From Clostridia bacterium (GTDB taxonomy: Bacteria; Bacillota; Clostridia; Christensenellales; Borkfalkiaceae), in contig JAFQVL010000063.1 in assembly GCA_017408045.1 (NCBI GenBank), positions 5,568 through 69,567 of the forward strand: a DNA stretch of 64,000 bases, read 5' to 3'. Of the stretch, positions 9,401 to 18,776 are shown piece by piece (within the stretch, counting starts at the first letter, position 1; every line of letters begins with the position of its first letter). A model generated the notes under the pieces. That model saw only the letters and a list, made by a program, of their open reading frames with translations, was not told where the DNA came from and did not search any database. Position numbers and translations under genes: made by a program.

Positions 9401-11546
9401 CGTTTTTATCCACCGTGAATGCATATACCAAATCGGTAGAAAGCAATTCATTTCCGCTGTACCAGCCGATAAATTCATAGCCTAAATGAGGTGTTGCCGT
9501 TGCCGTTATAGCCTTGCCGTATTTATACGTACCCTTGTTTGTAATCGTGCCGTAAGTGGTATTATTTACCGATAATACATAAGCATTTCTCGTATAATAT
9601 ACGCTCAAAACACGGCCGCCGTCGCCGTCGATATTGCCACTTACCGTACTCATACTTGCGTTGTAGGTAAAGTGCGCATATTCCTTAATTGCCGCCGTTG
9701 CGGTGGTATCCGTTTTTCCTTTGCCTTCCACCGTTTCGTGCGGCGTGTAGTTATCATTGTCGATATTTTGCAAATAATAGATAACCGTGTATTTCGTATC
9801 GGTGTTTACAGACCAAGTCGCCGTATACGATGCGCTTTTTTCCGCTTTGAAGGTAAATACTTCGTCTTTACAAACGCAAGTTTCACCTTCGTACCAACCA
9901 AGCCAAGTATACCCTGCATTGGTGTTTGCTGTCAACGTGATTTGCTTGTCGTATTTATACGTACCTGCGCCCGAAATAACACCTGCTTTATCGTTGCTCT
10001 TCGTCGTGGAAATCGTATAGAAATTCCGTTTATAATATACGCTTAAAACTTGGCTACCGTCGCCGTCGATATTACCGCTCAATACGTTTTTAAAATACTC
10101 TTGATTGAGTGTAAAATGCGTATACTCCTTAATCTCTGCTTCTACGGTAGTATCCGTTTCCCCTTTACGTTTTTCGGTTTCGTATAAGGTATATTCGTCA
10201 TCGTCAAGGTTTTGCAAATAATAATTGACCGTATATTTTGTGTCTTTATTCACATACCAACCTGCCGTAATGGTCGTGTTTTCCGTAATCGGTTTTGTAA
10301 AATCGTAATCCCACCCTGTAAAGGTATAACCTGTCCTTGTTGTGGTTGGCTCGGTGGCAAGATAGCCTTCTTCTATCGTTTGCTTTTCCACCGGCGTACC
10401 GCCGTCTACGTCAAAGATTACTTCGTACTTATGCAAACGGTAAAGGTTTACCGTATACGTATTGCGCAACTCGTCGTCCAACATCTCAAATACGTATGCG
10501 ACGTTATTTCCTTCTTGTAAAGTTATCTTTTTCGTTGGAATCGGGGGCACACCGTTTTTATCAAAAGAAAGAATAAATTTCGCCTTTCCTACTACCGCGA
10601 CTTCGTCTACAAACGAAAATTCCGTTATTGCGTTTCGCACCGTGCCGTAGACGTTCGTGCCGTCCACGGTAAGGGTGTTGAATAAAATACCCGTTTCCTC
10701 TTGAAGTACATAGCCACAAACGGTGCAGGTTTGCGGCGTGTTTACTGTTGCGGGCGCACCTGCCGTGTGTTTTTCTTCGTTTTCTTTATCACCGCACTCG
10801 CATTCATGCCAATGGTGGGTGTCGTTGCTTTCCCATTCCGTGCTGTGTTCATGGGGGAGCTTGTCGATAGGCTCGGTTTTCGTTGCCGTTTTGCAAACCG
10901 TACACGTATAGGTCGTTTCGCCTTCTTTCGTGCAGGTCGGGGCTTTGGTTTCTTCGCCCTTATCCCAAGTATGTACGCCCGTCGCAGGGATTTCTTGGTA
11001 GGTGGAATACTCACACCCTTCTCTTTCGCAGGTTACGTATTCTTCCCAACCGATCTCCGTACAGGTGGGGGCTTTTGCTTGGTGTGTTTTCTCATCGTGC
11101 GTAAGGGCTTCTACGTCTTCGGTATAGGTCGCTGTTTCACAAACAGTACACGTAAACGTTTTTACACCCTTTTCCGTGCAAGTCGGTTCGGTGGTTACTG
11201 TACCGTCATCCCAAGTATGTACGCCCGTTACGGAAATTTCCTGGTAGGTGGAATACTCGCACCCTTCTCTTTCGCAGGTTACGTATTCGTTCCACCCAAT
11301 TTCCGTGCAGGTGGGGGCTTTTGCCTCGTGGGTTTTTTCATCGTGCCCGAGCGCAAGAATTTCTTGTGTGTAAGCACTGCCACAGGAGCAAGTGTACGTG
11401 ATTAAACCTTTTTCTATACAAGTCGCATTTTTTGTGATTTCCGCCGTATAAGCGTGCTCGTGTTGTTCACGGCACGCAGAAAAACCGAATATACATACAA
11501 GCATCGTCGTGATTGTCATAATAAAAAGTAAACGTTTCTTTTTCAT
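6420..11546 (-). CDS. giant cell-surface lipoprotein: Cys-rich repeats, Listeria-Bacteroides-type repeats and a BspA-type leucine-rich repeat array
   Basis: I chose the start at ATG 11546 because it has a GGAGG RBS. Signal peptide with lipobox (MKKKRLLFIMTITTMLVCIFGFSAC). Two about 82-aa near-identical Cys-rich repeats (HDEKTH.AKAPTCTEIGW.EYVTCEREGCEYSTYQEI...) span about 10853-11345. GYTFTGW repeat modules follow, then dozens of IP..VTSIG..AF..C..LTSI LRR units. Confidence 0.8.
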   Translation of the reverse strand: MKKKRLLFIMTITTMLVCIFGFSACREQHEHAYTAEITKNATCIEKGLITYTCSCGSAYTQEILALGHDEKTHEAKAPTCTEIGWNEYVTCEREGCEYSTYQEISVTGVHTWDDGTVTTEPTCTEKGVKTFTCTVCETATYTEDVEALTHDEKTHQAKAPTCTEIGWEEYVTCEREGCEYSTYQEIPATGVHTWDKGEETKAPTCTKEGETTYTCTVCKTATKTEPIDKLPHEHSTEWESNDTHHWHECECGDKENEEKHTAGAPATVNTPQTCTVCGYVLQEETGILFNTLTVDGTNVYGTVRNAITEFSFVDEVAVVGKAKFILSFDKNGVPPIPTKKITLQEGNNVAYVFEMLDDELRNTYTVNLYRLHKYEVIFDVDGGTPVEKQTIEEGYLATEPTTTRTGYTFTGWDYDFTKPITENTTITAGWYVNKDTKYTVNYYLQNLDDDEYTLYETEKRKGETDTTVEAEIKEYTHFTLNQEYFKNVLSGNIDGDGSQVLSVYYKRNFYTISTTKSNDKAGVISGAGTYKYDKQITLTANTNAGYTWLGWYEGETCVCKDEVFTFKAEKSASYTATWSVNTDTKYTVIYYLQNIDNDNYTPHETVEGKGKTDTTATAAIKEYAHFTYNASMSTVSGNIDGDGGRVLSVYYTRNAYVLSVNNTTYGTITNKGTYKYGKAITATATPHLGYEFIGWYSGNELLSTDLVYAFTVDKNVTAKFALKAEMSGFNFTSTTTTCEITGVKNKYVTEIVVPDYVTSISEGAFSGCSSLKSITIPFVGGSRKTATDTYQYPFGYIFGANSYTGGTETVQSYYGSSTSSTTSTTYYIPTSLKTVVVKGGNILYGAFESCNNLTSITIPDGITSIGDCAFEFCKGLTSITVPASVITIGENAFYYCNSLTSITVPDGVNSIGDYAFAYCNGLTSIAIPDSVTSIGKKAFYDCSYLTSIIVSENNTVYQSIDGNLYSKDGKTLIQYAIGKSATSFSLPINVTAIGDYAFAYCHRLTSITIPNSVVSIGKGAFCYCDSATGVVIGENVITIGEKAFAYCASVKSVSLGNSVNTIGDYAFKDCNKLASITIPDNITSIGEGAFYYCNGLWKVYVDSLAAWCNISFGDSYANPLWYAGSLYVNNEYITDLVIPDGVTSIGDYAFESCENMKSITIPASVNSIGNYAFGSGMDTMLKGIYITDLAAWCNISFSNSSANPLWRVENLYVNNEIITEFVIPDGVSTIGNYAFCQFKNLTNVVIPNSVTSIGEKAFAYCDGLTSIDIPASVISIEKMAFYGCTNLANVTVDQNNTAYQSIEGNLYTKDGTRLIQYAAAKTATTFIIPDGVISIENGAFSECYHLTSVVMPDSVVYVGDDAFYWCNRLKSVEFSNSITTIGAYAFYNCGSLTSVVIPNSVVSIGEKAFYQCNRLIEVINKSTHITVEKGYSTNGYVGYYALAVYNSDSGITESQLLNDNGYVICTDGDQKVLVGYVGTETDLVLPSYITEIHERAFYNCNTLTSVVIPDSITSIGVSAFYGCSSLESITMPFGWYRKDGFADKPLGYLFGGSSYKNNASYVPTSLKEVRITCGGIDQYAFYGCNSLTSVVIGDGVTSIGDYAFATCSSLTNVVIPDSVTSIGIQAFYSCGLTNVEIGGGVMSIGKEAFYKCGNLASVTFKDTFAWYQTTNLYSWQNKTGGTNTSVEDSSTNAKYFRMTYYDYYWYKL

Positions 11547-11643
11547 AATCACCCTCCGCAATCAAAAGTAATAGAATTCAAAATCATTTTATCATTTTTT
11601 AATCCACTCGTCAATAGAATTGTATAGAAAACCTTTTCTATAA

Positions 11644-11673
11644 GAAAAAACTCCTTTTTAAAGGAGTTTTTTT
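11644..11673 (-). terminator. intrinsic (bidirectional) terminator after rsmG
   Basis: Stem AACTCCTT/AAGGAGTT with loop TTTA, flanked by A7 and T7. Confidence 0.7.
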
Positions 11674-11692
11674 ATCGTATATACCGTTTTTT

Positions 11693-12376
11693 TTACAACG
11701 GATTCTTGCGTTCCTTGCCCTGCCCACGAGGGTATTTATTCGGCGTAGGCTGTATTTTTTCCACTACCGCCAAAGTCCTCTCGCCGTACCCCTCGGGTAA
11801 TTCGTATTTCACTAACGTCTTTATTTTCGCCCCAAGCGTTTTATAGGCAGATTTCGCCTCTTCAATCTCCGTCGTATCCCCACTCTTATAAGCAACGAAC
11901 GCGCCGCCTACGCGTACGAAAGGCAAGCAGTATTCGCTCAGCGTATTCATTCTCGCCACCGCGCGCGCCGTCGCAATATCGTACTTTTCCCTATGTATAC
12001 TCTCCCGAGCCAAATCCTCTGCTCGTTTTGAATAAATATTCACGTTGGAAAGCCCCAATTTATCCACAACCGCGTGCAGAAATTCGCATTTTTTCCCCAC
12101 GCTCTCTACCAGCGTAAAGGATAGATCGTCGCGCAGCAGTTTTAAAGGCATCGAAGGAAACCCCGCGCCCGAGCCGATCTCAATCACTTTGGCGTTCTTC
12201 GGAAAGAATTTTTCGCCTGCGACGCTGTCGAGGAAATGCTTATAAAACATATCCTTTTCCTCTAAAATCGTCGTCAGATTATACCGCGTGTTATATTCGA
12301 GTAGCAACGCGCGAAACGCATCGAATTTTTCCTTATATTCCCCTTTTAATAATACGCTATATTCCTCTAATTGCAT
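11693..12376 (-). CDS. rsmG: 16S rRNA (guanine527-N7)-methyltransferase RsmG (GidB)
   Basis: GidB-like sequence with the SAM motif VIEIGSGAGFPSMPLK. I chose the start at ATG 12376 (MQLEEY...), which has a GGTGGAAAGG RBS. Confidence 0.85.
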   Translation of the reverse strand: MQLEEYSVLLKGEYKEKFDAFRALLLEYNTRYNLTTILEEKDMFYKHFLDSVAGEKFFPKNAKVIEIGSGAGFPSMPLKLLRDDLSFTLVESVGKKCEFLHAVVDKLGLSNVNIYSKRAEDLARESIHREKYDIATARAVARMNTLSEYCLPFVRVGGAFVAYKSGDTTEIEEAKSAYKTLGAKIKTLVKYELPEGYGERTLAVVEKIQPTPNKYPRGQGKERKNPL

Positions 12377-12391
12377 ACCTTTCCACCTGTC

Positions 12392-12700
12392 TGTGTATAA
12401 AGTTATCCACATTTGTATACAACTTTGTGGATAACTGTTTCTTTTGTTTTTTATTCATTAAATTTGAATATTTATTTTTGTAATACGCGGGTGTCTTTGT
12501 ATAGGTTTTCCACTTATACACAAATACTGCACAATTTTATCCACCGTGATTTGGCGGGTTATACACCGCCTTAAAAATCGTTAAAAGCCTTGATTTTGTA
12601 AGGATTTTTTTGTGTGTTTTCAACGGTTATACACATCTCCACAGTCTCTACTACTAATACTACTAAATTAATTTGTATATATACCATCATTCTGTTATAG
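12392..12700. other. DnaA-box cluster with AT-rich tracts: candidate oriC or DnaA-binding region
   Basis: Perfect TTATCCACA at 12403-12411 (+) and 12426-12434 (-). One-mismatch boxes at 12392-12400 (-), 12514-12522, 12537-12545 and 12627-12635. A two-mismatch box at 12559-12567. AT-rich runs at 12441-12490 and about 12650-12690. No credible CDS between 12377 and 12820. Confidence 0.6.
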
Positions 12701-12820
12701 GCTGGCTGAAAAAATTGTGTCATTATTTCTACCACAAGGAAAAAGTCTTTTTTTAAACAAGAGAGAATTTTGGACACAACGACAGCCGAGGTAGTTCGAT
12801 TATATCCAAGCCGTAAAAAA

Positions 12821-13309
12821 TTATACGAAAAATCGAACGTTTTCTTTTCCTTTTTTCTTCTGAAAAGCGCGGACGGTGTACGCCGCCCCACCCGATTTCG
12901 AAAGACAGTAAGCAAACAGTAAATCCGCTTTTTCTACCATATAATCGTTTCGGATAAAGTAGCACCCTCTTTGATATTCCGAACAAAAGACGACCACATC
13001 GTCGCATTCTTCCAGCACCTTATAATAGCGGCGTTTGTCCTCGGCGGAGTAATACCTATCCTGTCCGTGGAAAGGGATACAGCCGCATAAATGCAAATCG
13101 GGAAACTCTAACCGCAGTTCAATCAACAGTTCCGCCGTCAGCAAATCAAAACCGACCGCAAGGCCGTTATAAAAGCATTGCACGCCTGCCTGTATCAGCG
13201 CACGCAAATCCGCCTTTAACTTCTCGCGGGAGAGATTTTTAGGCAAATCACGATGCCCCGTAATGGCGCAACTTTTATATTCGGTTGTGGTGATACAAAG
13301 CTGCTGCAT
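12821..13309 (-). CDS. DUF1273 / YpsA-like SLOG family protein
   Basis: ITGHR..., GLAVGFDLLTAE... and EFPDL.L..IPF... resemble B. subtilis YpsA (DUF1273). Confidence 0.65.
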   Translation of the reverse strand: MQQLCITTTEYKSCAITGHRDLPKNLSREKLKADLRALIQAGVQCFYNGLAVGFDLLTAELLIELRLEFPDLHLCGCIPFHGQDRYYSAEDKRRYYKVLEECDDVVVFCSEYQRGCYFIRNDYMVEKADLLFAYCLSKSGGAAYTVRAFQKKKGKENVRFFV

Positions 13310-13328
13310 AGGCGTTTCCTTTTGCGAT

Positions 13329-13955
13329 TTAAGTTTCTTCGACTACTTCCTTATCGCCATAATAAACATCCAAAATTTGGGCGATTTTCTGCAATACTTC
13401 TTCTTTTCCGTAGCCCGTTTCCGAACTGGTAGCCAGCAGGTTGCTTTCTCCCATATAGAGGTCGGCGGCAATTGCCTTTTTATGCTCTTTAAGTTTCATT
13501 TTCGACAGTTTGTCTGCCTTCGTTAAAATCACGGTAAAAGGCAGGATGTTGAAATGCAGGTACTCAATCATTTGCACGTCGTCCGCCGTGGGGTCGTGGC
13601 GGCTATCCGCCAACATAAACACGTGCGCGACGTTTTGTTTTTCCTTAAAAAACGCGTCCAACGTTTTTGCCCACTTCGCTTTCTCTGCTTTCGATACCTG
13701 CGCAAAGCCGTAGCCGGGCAAATCTGCAAGGATAAACTCCCCAAAGTCAAAGTAATTAACCAGCCTCGTTCTGCCAGGGGCGCTGCTGGTTTTCGCCAAC
13801 TTTTTACGATTTGCGAGCATATTAATAAACGAACTTTTCCCCACGTTGCTCTTGCCGCAGACGGCAATCATCGGCTTTGTAGGCGTGATAAACTGCGCCT
13901 TGGTTGCCGCCGAGGTGATAAACGTAGCGTTTTTAATTTGCACAGTCTTTTGCAT
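13329..13955 (-). CDS. engB: ribosome biogenesis GTP-binding protein YsxC/EngB
   Basis: G1 GKSNVGKSS, G3 DLPGYG and G4 TKADK. Lies in lon-engB synteny as in Bacillus. Confidence 0.85.
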   Translation of the reverse strand: MQKTVQIKNATFITSAATKAQFITPTKPMIAVCGKSNVGKSSFINMLANRKKLAKTSSAPGRTRLVNYFDFGEFILADLPGYGFAQVSKAEKAKWAKTLDAFFKEKQNVAHVFMLADSRHDPTADDVQMIEYLHFNILPFTVILTKADKLSKMKLKEHKKAIAADLYMGESNLLATSSETGYGKEEVLQKIAQILDVYYGDKEVVEET

Positions 13956-13977
13956 TTTTTACCTGCCTTAGTCGTTT

Positions 13978-16308
13978 TTATTTCTCTATCGCCACGTCGA
14001 AAACTTCGCTGACGTTTTCCGTAAGTACGAAACGCAGCGTTTTTGCAATCTCCGCAGGAATATCCTGAATATCCCGTTCGTTTGCTTTCGGGATAATAAT
14101 CGTGGAGATCCCAGCGCGCGCCGCTGCCAAAGCCTTCTCCTTTAAGCCGCCGATGGGCAGCACTTTCCCTCGCAAGGTAATTTCCCCCGTCATAGCGACG
14201 TCGGTGCGTACTTTCTTTCCTGTGAACACGGAAAGGATTGCAGTAGCAATCGTAATCCCTGCGCTAGGGCCGTCTTTAGGGGTTGCTCCCTCGGGAACGT
14301 GTACGTGTACGTTGTTCGTTTCAAATAAATTCTCGTCGATGCCGTATTCCTTAGCGTTTGCACGTACGAAGGTCAGCGCCGCCCGCGCAGATTCCTTCAT
14401 GACGTCGCCAAGCTTACCTGTCAAGAGAATCTCCCCTTTTCCTGCTACCTTGGTTGCCTCGACAGTCAAGGTTGTCCCGCCGTACGCCGTCCAAGCAAGG
14501 CCGTTTACAGCGCCTACCTCAGGGCTGCGTTTTTCCTCGTTCAATACGTACATGGGTGCGCCCAACAGTTCGATAACCTTCTTTTTCGTAATCGAAACGG
14601 GACGCATTTTTTTATGGTCTGCATACTTCACCGCAATCTTACGGCAAACAGAGCCAACCGTTCGTTCCAAAGTACGCACGCCTGCCTCTAAAGTATAACC
14701 TTCAATCAAAGTCTGCAACCCTTCTTCGGTAAACAAAGCCTGTTTTTCGGTGATACCGTTTGCTTTTAACTGTTTAGGAATAAGGTAATGCTTTGCAATC
14801 TCCATCTTTTCTTGCAAAGTGTAGCCAGAAAGCCGGATGACTTCCATTCTATCTAAAAGAGGTTTTGGAATGGTGTCTAAGGAGTTTGCCGTCGTGATAA
14901 AAAGCACCTTGGAAAGGTCGTAAGGAACTTCCAAATACCGATCGCGGAAAGTGGGGTTTTGTTCGGGGTCTAAAACCTCTAACAAAGCAGAGGCGGGATC
15001 GCCGCGCATATCCGAGGAAATCTTGTCAATTTCGTCGAGTAAGAACACGGGGTTAATCGAGCCTGCGTTTTGCATCGCATACAAAACCCTGCCGGGGATT
15101 GCGCCGACGTACGTTTTACGGTGTCCGCGGATTTCCGCCTCATCCTTAACACCGCCAAGACTCATGCGCACGAATTTACGATTAAGCGCGCGCGCCACCG
15201 AACTTGCAATACTCGTCTTTCCCACACCGGGAGGACCTACCAAACACAAAATCGGGGCTTTCATATTCCCCGTCAACTTCAATACTGCCAAATATTCGGT
15301 GATACGCTCTTTGATTTTTTCCAAGCCGTAGTGATCGCTTTCCAAAACCTTTACGCAGTCGGAAAGTTTTTCGGTATCCTTCGTTTCTTCCGTCCAGGGA
15401 AGAGATAAAACTTGGTCTAAATAAGTGGTAATAATCGTGTATTCAGGCGCAGAGGGCTGTATACGACTAAGGCGAGAAACTTCCTTCAAGCACTTTTCTT
15501 CCACTTCAGGCGGCAGATGTTTTTCGAGGATTTTTTGCTTATATTCCTCTTCCTCTTTGCCGGTATCTCCCAATTCTTCGTGGATAGCGCGAAGCTGTTC
15601 GCGCAGGAAATATTCCTTTTGATTTTTGTCGATGCTTTGACGGACGGCGTTTGCGATTTTCTTTTCAATTTTTGCGATTTCCAACTCGTCGTTTAAGCAC
15701 TTTTCAAACAATTTCAACCGTTCTAAAACGCGCGGTTCTTCCAAAATTTTCTGCTTGATAGCATTGCGAACGCGCATAGAAGAAAGTAAAATATCTACGT
15801 ACTCGTCGGGGTCAGAGCAAAGATCTGCTTTTTGCAACAGCTCTTTTGCAATCTTCCCATCCGTTCCCAAAACGTCGGAAACGAGCGCTTTTGCCGTGCG
15901 AAAATACGCCTCTGTCAATACGTCGTCTCCCTTTTTAGGCGCAACCTCAACGACGTGCGCCCAAAAGCAGAGATCGTCTTGATAAAATTCAGAAATCTTC
16001 GCGCGATAAAGCCCGTCTGCGTGTACGCGAATCGTACCGCCAGGCAGTTTAGAAATCTGACGAACGCGCGCGACGACCCCGACGGTATACAAATCGTCGG
16101 CGGTAATTTCGTCCCGTTTACTATCCTTTTGAGAAACGATGAAAAGCAGACGGTCTGCATTTTCCGAGGCTTTTTCTACCGCTTTTAAGGTGCGTTCTCG
16201 CCCCGCCTCGAAGATAATCGAAACGTGCGGAAATGCGATTTTTCCCCGAAGGGGAATTAAGGGGATAGACAACTCCCTGATTTTTTGAAATTCTTGATTT
16301 TTTTCCAT
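13978..16308 (-). CDS. lon: ATP-dependent Lon protease (LonA)
   Basis: 776 aa with a Lon N-domain, Walker [10 protein letters not shown] and the protease active-site motif PKDGPSAG. Confidence 0.92.
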   Translation of the reverse strand: MEKNQEFQKIRELSIPLIPLRGKIAFPHVSIIFEAGRERTLKAVEKASENADRLLFIVSQKDSKRDEITADDLYTVGVVARVRQISKLPGGTIRVHADGLYRAKISEFYQDDLCFWAHVVEVAPKKGDDVLTEAYFRTAKALVSDVLGTDGKIAKELLQKADLCSDPDEYVDILLSSMRVRNAIKQKILEEPRVLERLKLFEKCLNDELEIAKIEKKIANAVRQSIDKNQKEYFLREQLRAIHEELGDTGKEEEEYKQKILEKHLPPEVEEKCLKEVSRLSRIQPSAPEYTIITTYLDQVLSLPWTEETKDTEKLSDCVKVLESDHYGLEKIKERITEYLAVLKLTGNMKAPILCLVGPPGVGKTSIASSVARALNRKFVRMSLGGVKDEAEIRGHRKTYVGAIPGRVLYAMQNAGSINPVFLLDEIDKISSDMRGDPASALLEVLDPEQNPTFRDRYLEVPYDLSKVLFITTANSLDTIPKPLLDRMEVIRLSGYTLQEKMEIAKHYLIPKQLKANGITEKQALFTEEGLQTLIEGYTLEAGVRTLERTVGSVCRKIAVKYADHKKMRPVSITKKKVIELLGAPMYVLNEEKRSPEVGAVNGLAWTAYGGTTLTVEATKVAGKGEILLTGKLGDVMKESARAALTFVRANAKEYGIDENLFETNNVHVHVPEGATPKDGPSAGITIATAILSVFTGKKVRTDVAMTGEITLRGKVLPIGGLKEKALAAARAGISTIIIPKANERDIQDIPAEIAKTLRFVLTENVSEVFDVAIEK

Positions 16309-16405
16309 ATGCTAATTATAACCTAAAAACGAAGTATTTTAAACGCAAGTAATTTATACAAAAACGCCTCTAAAGAGAGGCGTTTTCAGTACCTGCTTTG
16401 CAAGC

Positions 16406-17254
16406 TTAATTTTGAACGGATGTTTCCTCTGTCTGTTCTTCCGGATTCTTCGTATCATCTTCGTCTACGTCGTTTTCATCACAAGTATACCCGTAATTGT
16501 AGGCATATTTAGAATAATGATAATAGCCGCGGTAATTGCTATAGATTTTACCTTGAGACGCGTGGTAATCGTTGACAACCACCCCTAAAACTTCTGATTT
16601 TGCGAACTGCAACGTCGCAAGAGAGCGCTGTACGTCCGAAACGTAGGAAACGTTGTGTCTGCAAATCAGCACCGCACCGTCTGTTTTCGGCGCGATAGCC
16701 AAAGCGTCCGAAACCATCAAAACAGGGGGCGTATCAATGATTGTATAATCAAATTTTTTCCTAAGTTCTTCTAAGAACGTAGCCATTTTGTCGCTTTCAA
16801 GCAATTCATAAGGCTTAGGAGAGTGCGTTCCGCAGGGAATAAAATACAGATTTTCGTTTACAGTCGAGTGATGTAAAATTTCTTCAAAAGAAACCAAACC
16901 CGAGAGGTAGTCGCTAAGACCGGGCGAAGATTTACATTGGAAATATTTTGCAACTCTGCCCTTGCGGATATCGGCGTCAATCAAAACGACCTTTGCATCC
17001 GACATTGCAAACATCAAAGCAAGGTTTACCGTAACCATAGTCTTACCGTCCTCAGGGTAAGAGGAAGTAAAGGTGAGGATGGAGCCTCCCTGCTTTTCAG
17101 GAATGGAAACGGAAAGAGATGCTTTTAAATTACGAAATGCTTCCGTAATATCGAAGGGCGTGTTCTTATCCAACAGGTATACCTTACGGGGAATTTTATG
17201 TTTCTTTGCGTCTTTTTCATGACGACGGTTTTTTAAGTTTTGAAAAAATCCCAT
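16406..17254 (-). CDS. CpsD/CapB-family bacterial tyrosine kinase (BY-kinase) catalytic subunit
   Basis: Walker A-like SSYPEDGKT and Walker A' VVLIDADIRKG. C-terminal tyrosine cluster YSNYRGYYHYSKYAYNYGY. Confidence 0.8.
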   Translation of the reverse strand: MGFFQNLKNRRHEKDAKKHKIPRKVYLLDKNTPFDITEAFRNLKASLSVSIPEKQGGSILTFTSSYPEDGKTMVTVNLALMFAMSDAKVVLIDADIRKGRVAKYFQCKSSPGLSDYLSGLVSFEEILHHSTVNENLYFIPCGTHSPKPYELLESDKMATFLEELRKKFDYTIIDTPPVLMVSDALAIAPKTDGAVLICRHNVSYVSDVQRSLATLQFAKSEVLGVVVNDYHASQGKIYSNYRGYYHYSKYAYNYGYTCDENDVDEDDTKNPEEQTEETSVQN

Positions 17255-17256
17255 AC

Positions 17257-18546
17257 TTACACCTCCTTATTCCGTTGTTCAGATTCATTCTGAGCGTTTA
17301 CTTCTTCTTCGCCGATGGAAGGAATAACACCCAGAAGAGGAACGTTGAGTTGACGAGCAACCAAGTCGTAATCACGGACGCGCTTATCCGATCTATCAAG
17401 GAAGATGACTACAACGCAAGCAACTACAACAGCGATTGCCGCAACCAGCAAAGCAAATTTAATCGACTGTTTTAAAATATATCCCTCATTGATCAGGGAG
17501 ATATCGGTGATGGTGGTGATTTGCGTACAACTCGTCGAAGTATAACCATCAGGAATGATCATTTTTTCACATACGTACTTAGGCAATTCCGACTGCACGC
17601 GCGCCAACAGATCTTCTGCAAACGGCTGATTATCTTCCCCTAAAACGGACAGTTCGACGTAAATGAAGCTTCGCGCCAGGTCGACGGCGTTGTCCAAATC
17701 TTTTTTGTCTTGTACGTAGGAGAATTCAACTGAATCCAAAATAATCAAAAGCAGTTCTTGGTAGCTTGCCGTCTTTCTCCAAGCGTTCAAAGCAACGGTG
17801 ATTTTTTCCTCTGCCGTCTTTGCCGCCGCGAGATAGATTTCTTTCGCTTCCGCTGCAGCATCTTTTGCGCTAATGTAAGCATTCTCCGCACTCTTCATCT
17901 CGCTATACGCTTCGTCCAAATACTCGTCTTTCAAGACTTCTTTCAAACGCAAATATTCTTCCTCGTTGAAGGTGGAGTTAGCAACTTCATCCGCGTTAAA
18001 ATGCTTTAACCAAAGTGGGTTGAGTTTCTTTAAAGCCGCGTTATATATGTTATAGGCCTCACTCTTTTCTGCGTTTGCCGCAAGGTAGTCGTCCTGTTTT
18101 TCCAATGCTACGTTATAATCTGCTCTTGCAGCGACAATCTTATCGTCTAAACCCAAAGCGACTTCCTTTTCATTGAGAGGGTCTACCCACTTACCGGTTT
18201 CAGGTAAAACGTCGCCGTTCAAAATGAGTAATTCCCCAAAACTTTCCGAATTGAGAAGTCGTACGATATTGTCCATAACGTTCTTACCGTAAGCACCGTA
18301 AACGCCGTAAGTAGAACCACCCGTCAAATCCATATCTTCTTCCTTATCGGGGCGCACAGGGTTGACGTAGAATTCCATATTCGTACCCCAGTAATAGACG
18401 TTGTAAGACGTTGCAAAACCAATTGCGCCACCCAACAAACCTCCACACAACAATACGAGAATGAGAATCTTTATTTTCGCCAACAGGATTTTTAATAAAC
18501 CCAACAGGCTAAGTTCTTCATTTTGGAGCTGTTCATTTTCGTTCAT
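17257..18546 (-). CDS. Wzz/CpsC-like chain-length-determinant / BY-kinase transmembrane activator, enlarged extracytoplasmic domain
   Basis: Two TM helices (LILVLLCGGLLGGAIGFA near the N-terminus, FALLVAAIAVVVACVVVIFL near the C-terminus) flank an about 330-aa domain. The gene abuts the kinase gene. Confidence 0.7.
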   Translation of the reverse strand: MNENEQLQNEELSLLGLLKILLAKIKILILVLLCGGLLGGAIGFATSYNVYYWGTNMEFYVNPVRPDKEEDMDLTGGSTYGVYGAYGKNVMDNIVRLLNSESFGELLILNGDVLPETGKWVDPLNEKEVALGLDDKIVAARADYNVALEKQDDYLAANAEKSEAYNIYNAALKKLNPLWLKHFNADEVANSTFNEEEYLRLKEVLKDEYLDEAYSEMKSAENAYISAKDAAAEAKEIYLAAAKTAEEKITVALNAWRKTASYQELLLIILDSVEFSYVQDKKDLDNAVDLARSFIYVELSVLGEDNQPFAEDLLARVQSELPKYVCEKMIIPDGYTSTSCTQITTITDISLINEGYILKQSIKFALLVAAIAVVVACVVVIFLDRSDKRVRDYDLVARQLNVPLLGVIPSIGEEEVNAQNESEQRNKEV

Positions 18547-18693
18547 GGTATTCTCCTTTTTAACTGATATGTAATCGTATCCGCTTTCTTTTCTAAAAGA
18601 AAAGTAAGCCGTTCAAATGACATTATAGCACCATTTTTACGAAAAAGCAAGTATTTCTACAAGAAATAACTGTAAAAATCTTCCCTTAACCGC

Positions 18694-18722
18694 TTGAAAA
18701 AAAGCGGGAAATATGCTATACT
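18694..18722 (+). promoter_or_regulatory. sigma-A type promoter of holB-ricT
   Basis: TTGAAA (18694-18699), a 17-bp spacer containing an extended -10 TGc, then TATACT (18717-18722). Confidence 0.5.
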
Positions 18723-18776
18723 ACAAGGAAGAGGCGCTATACCGGCGGCTAAAAAAGAAAAAAGGGAGCAGGACGG

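Noticed and set aside
12571-13007. Two overlapping minus-strand ORFs (114 and 84 aa) in the DnaA-box / AT-rich gap
   Set aside because: They have low-complexity, stop-poor AT-rich translations, no RBS, and they overlap each other and the 3' end of the DUF1273 gene. I treated them as non-coding, part of the oriC-like region.
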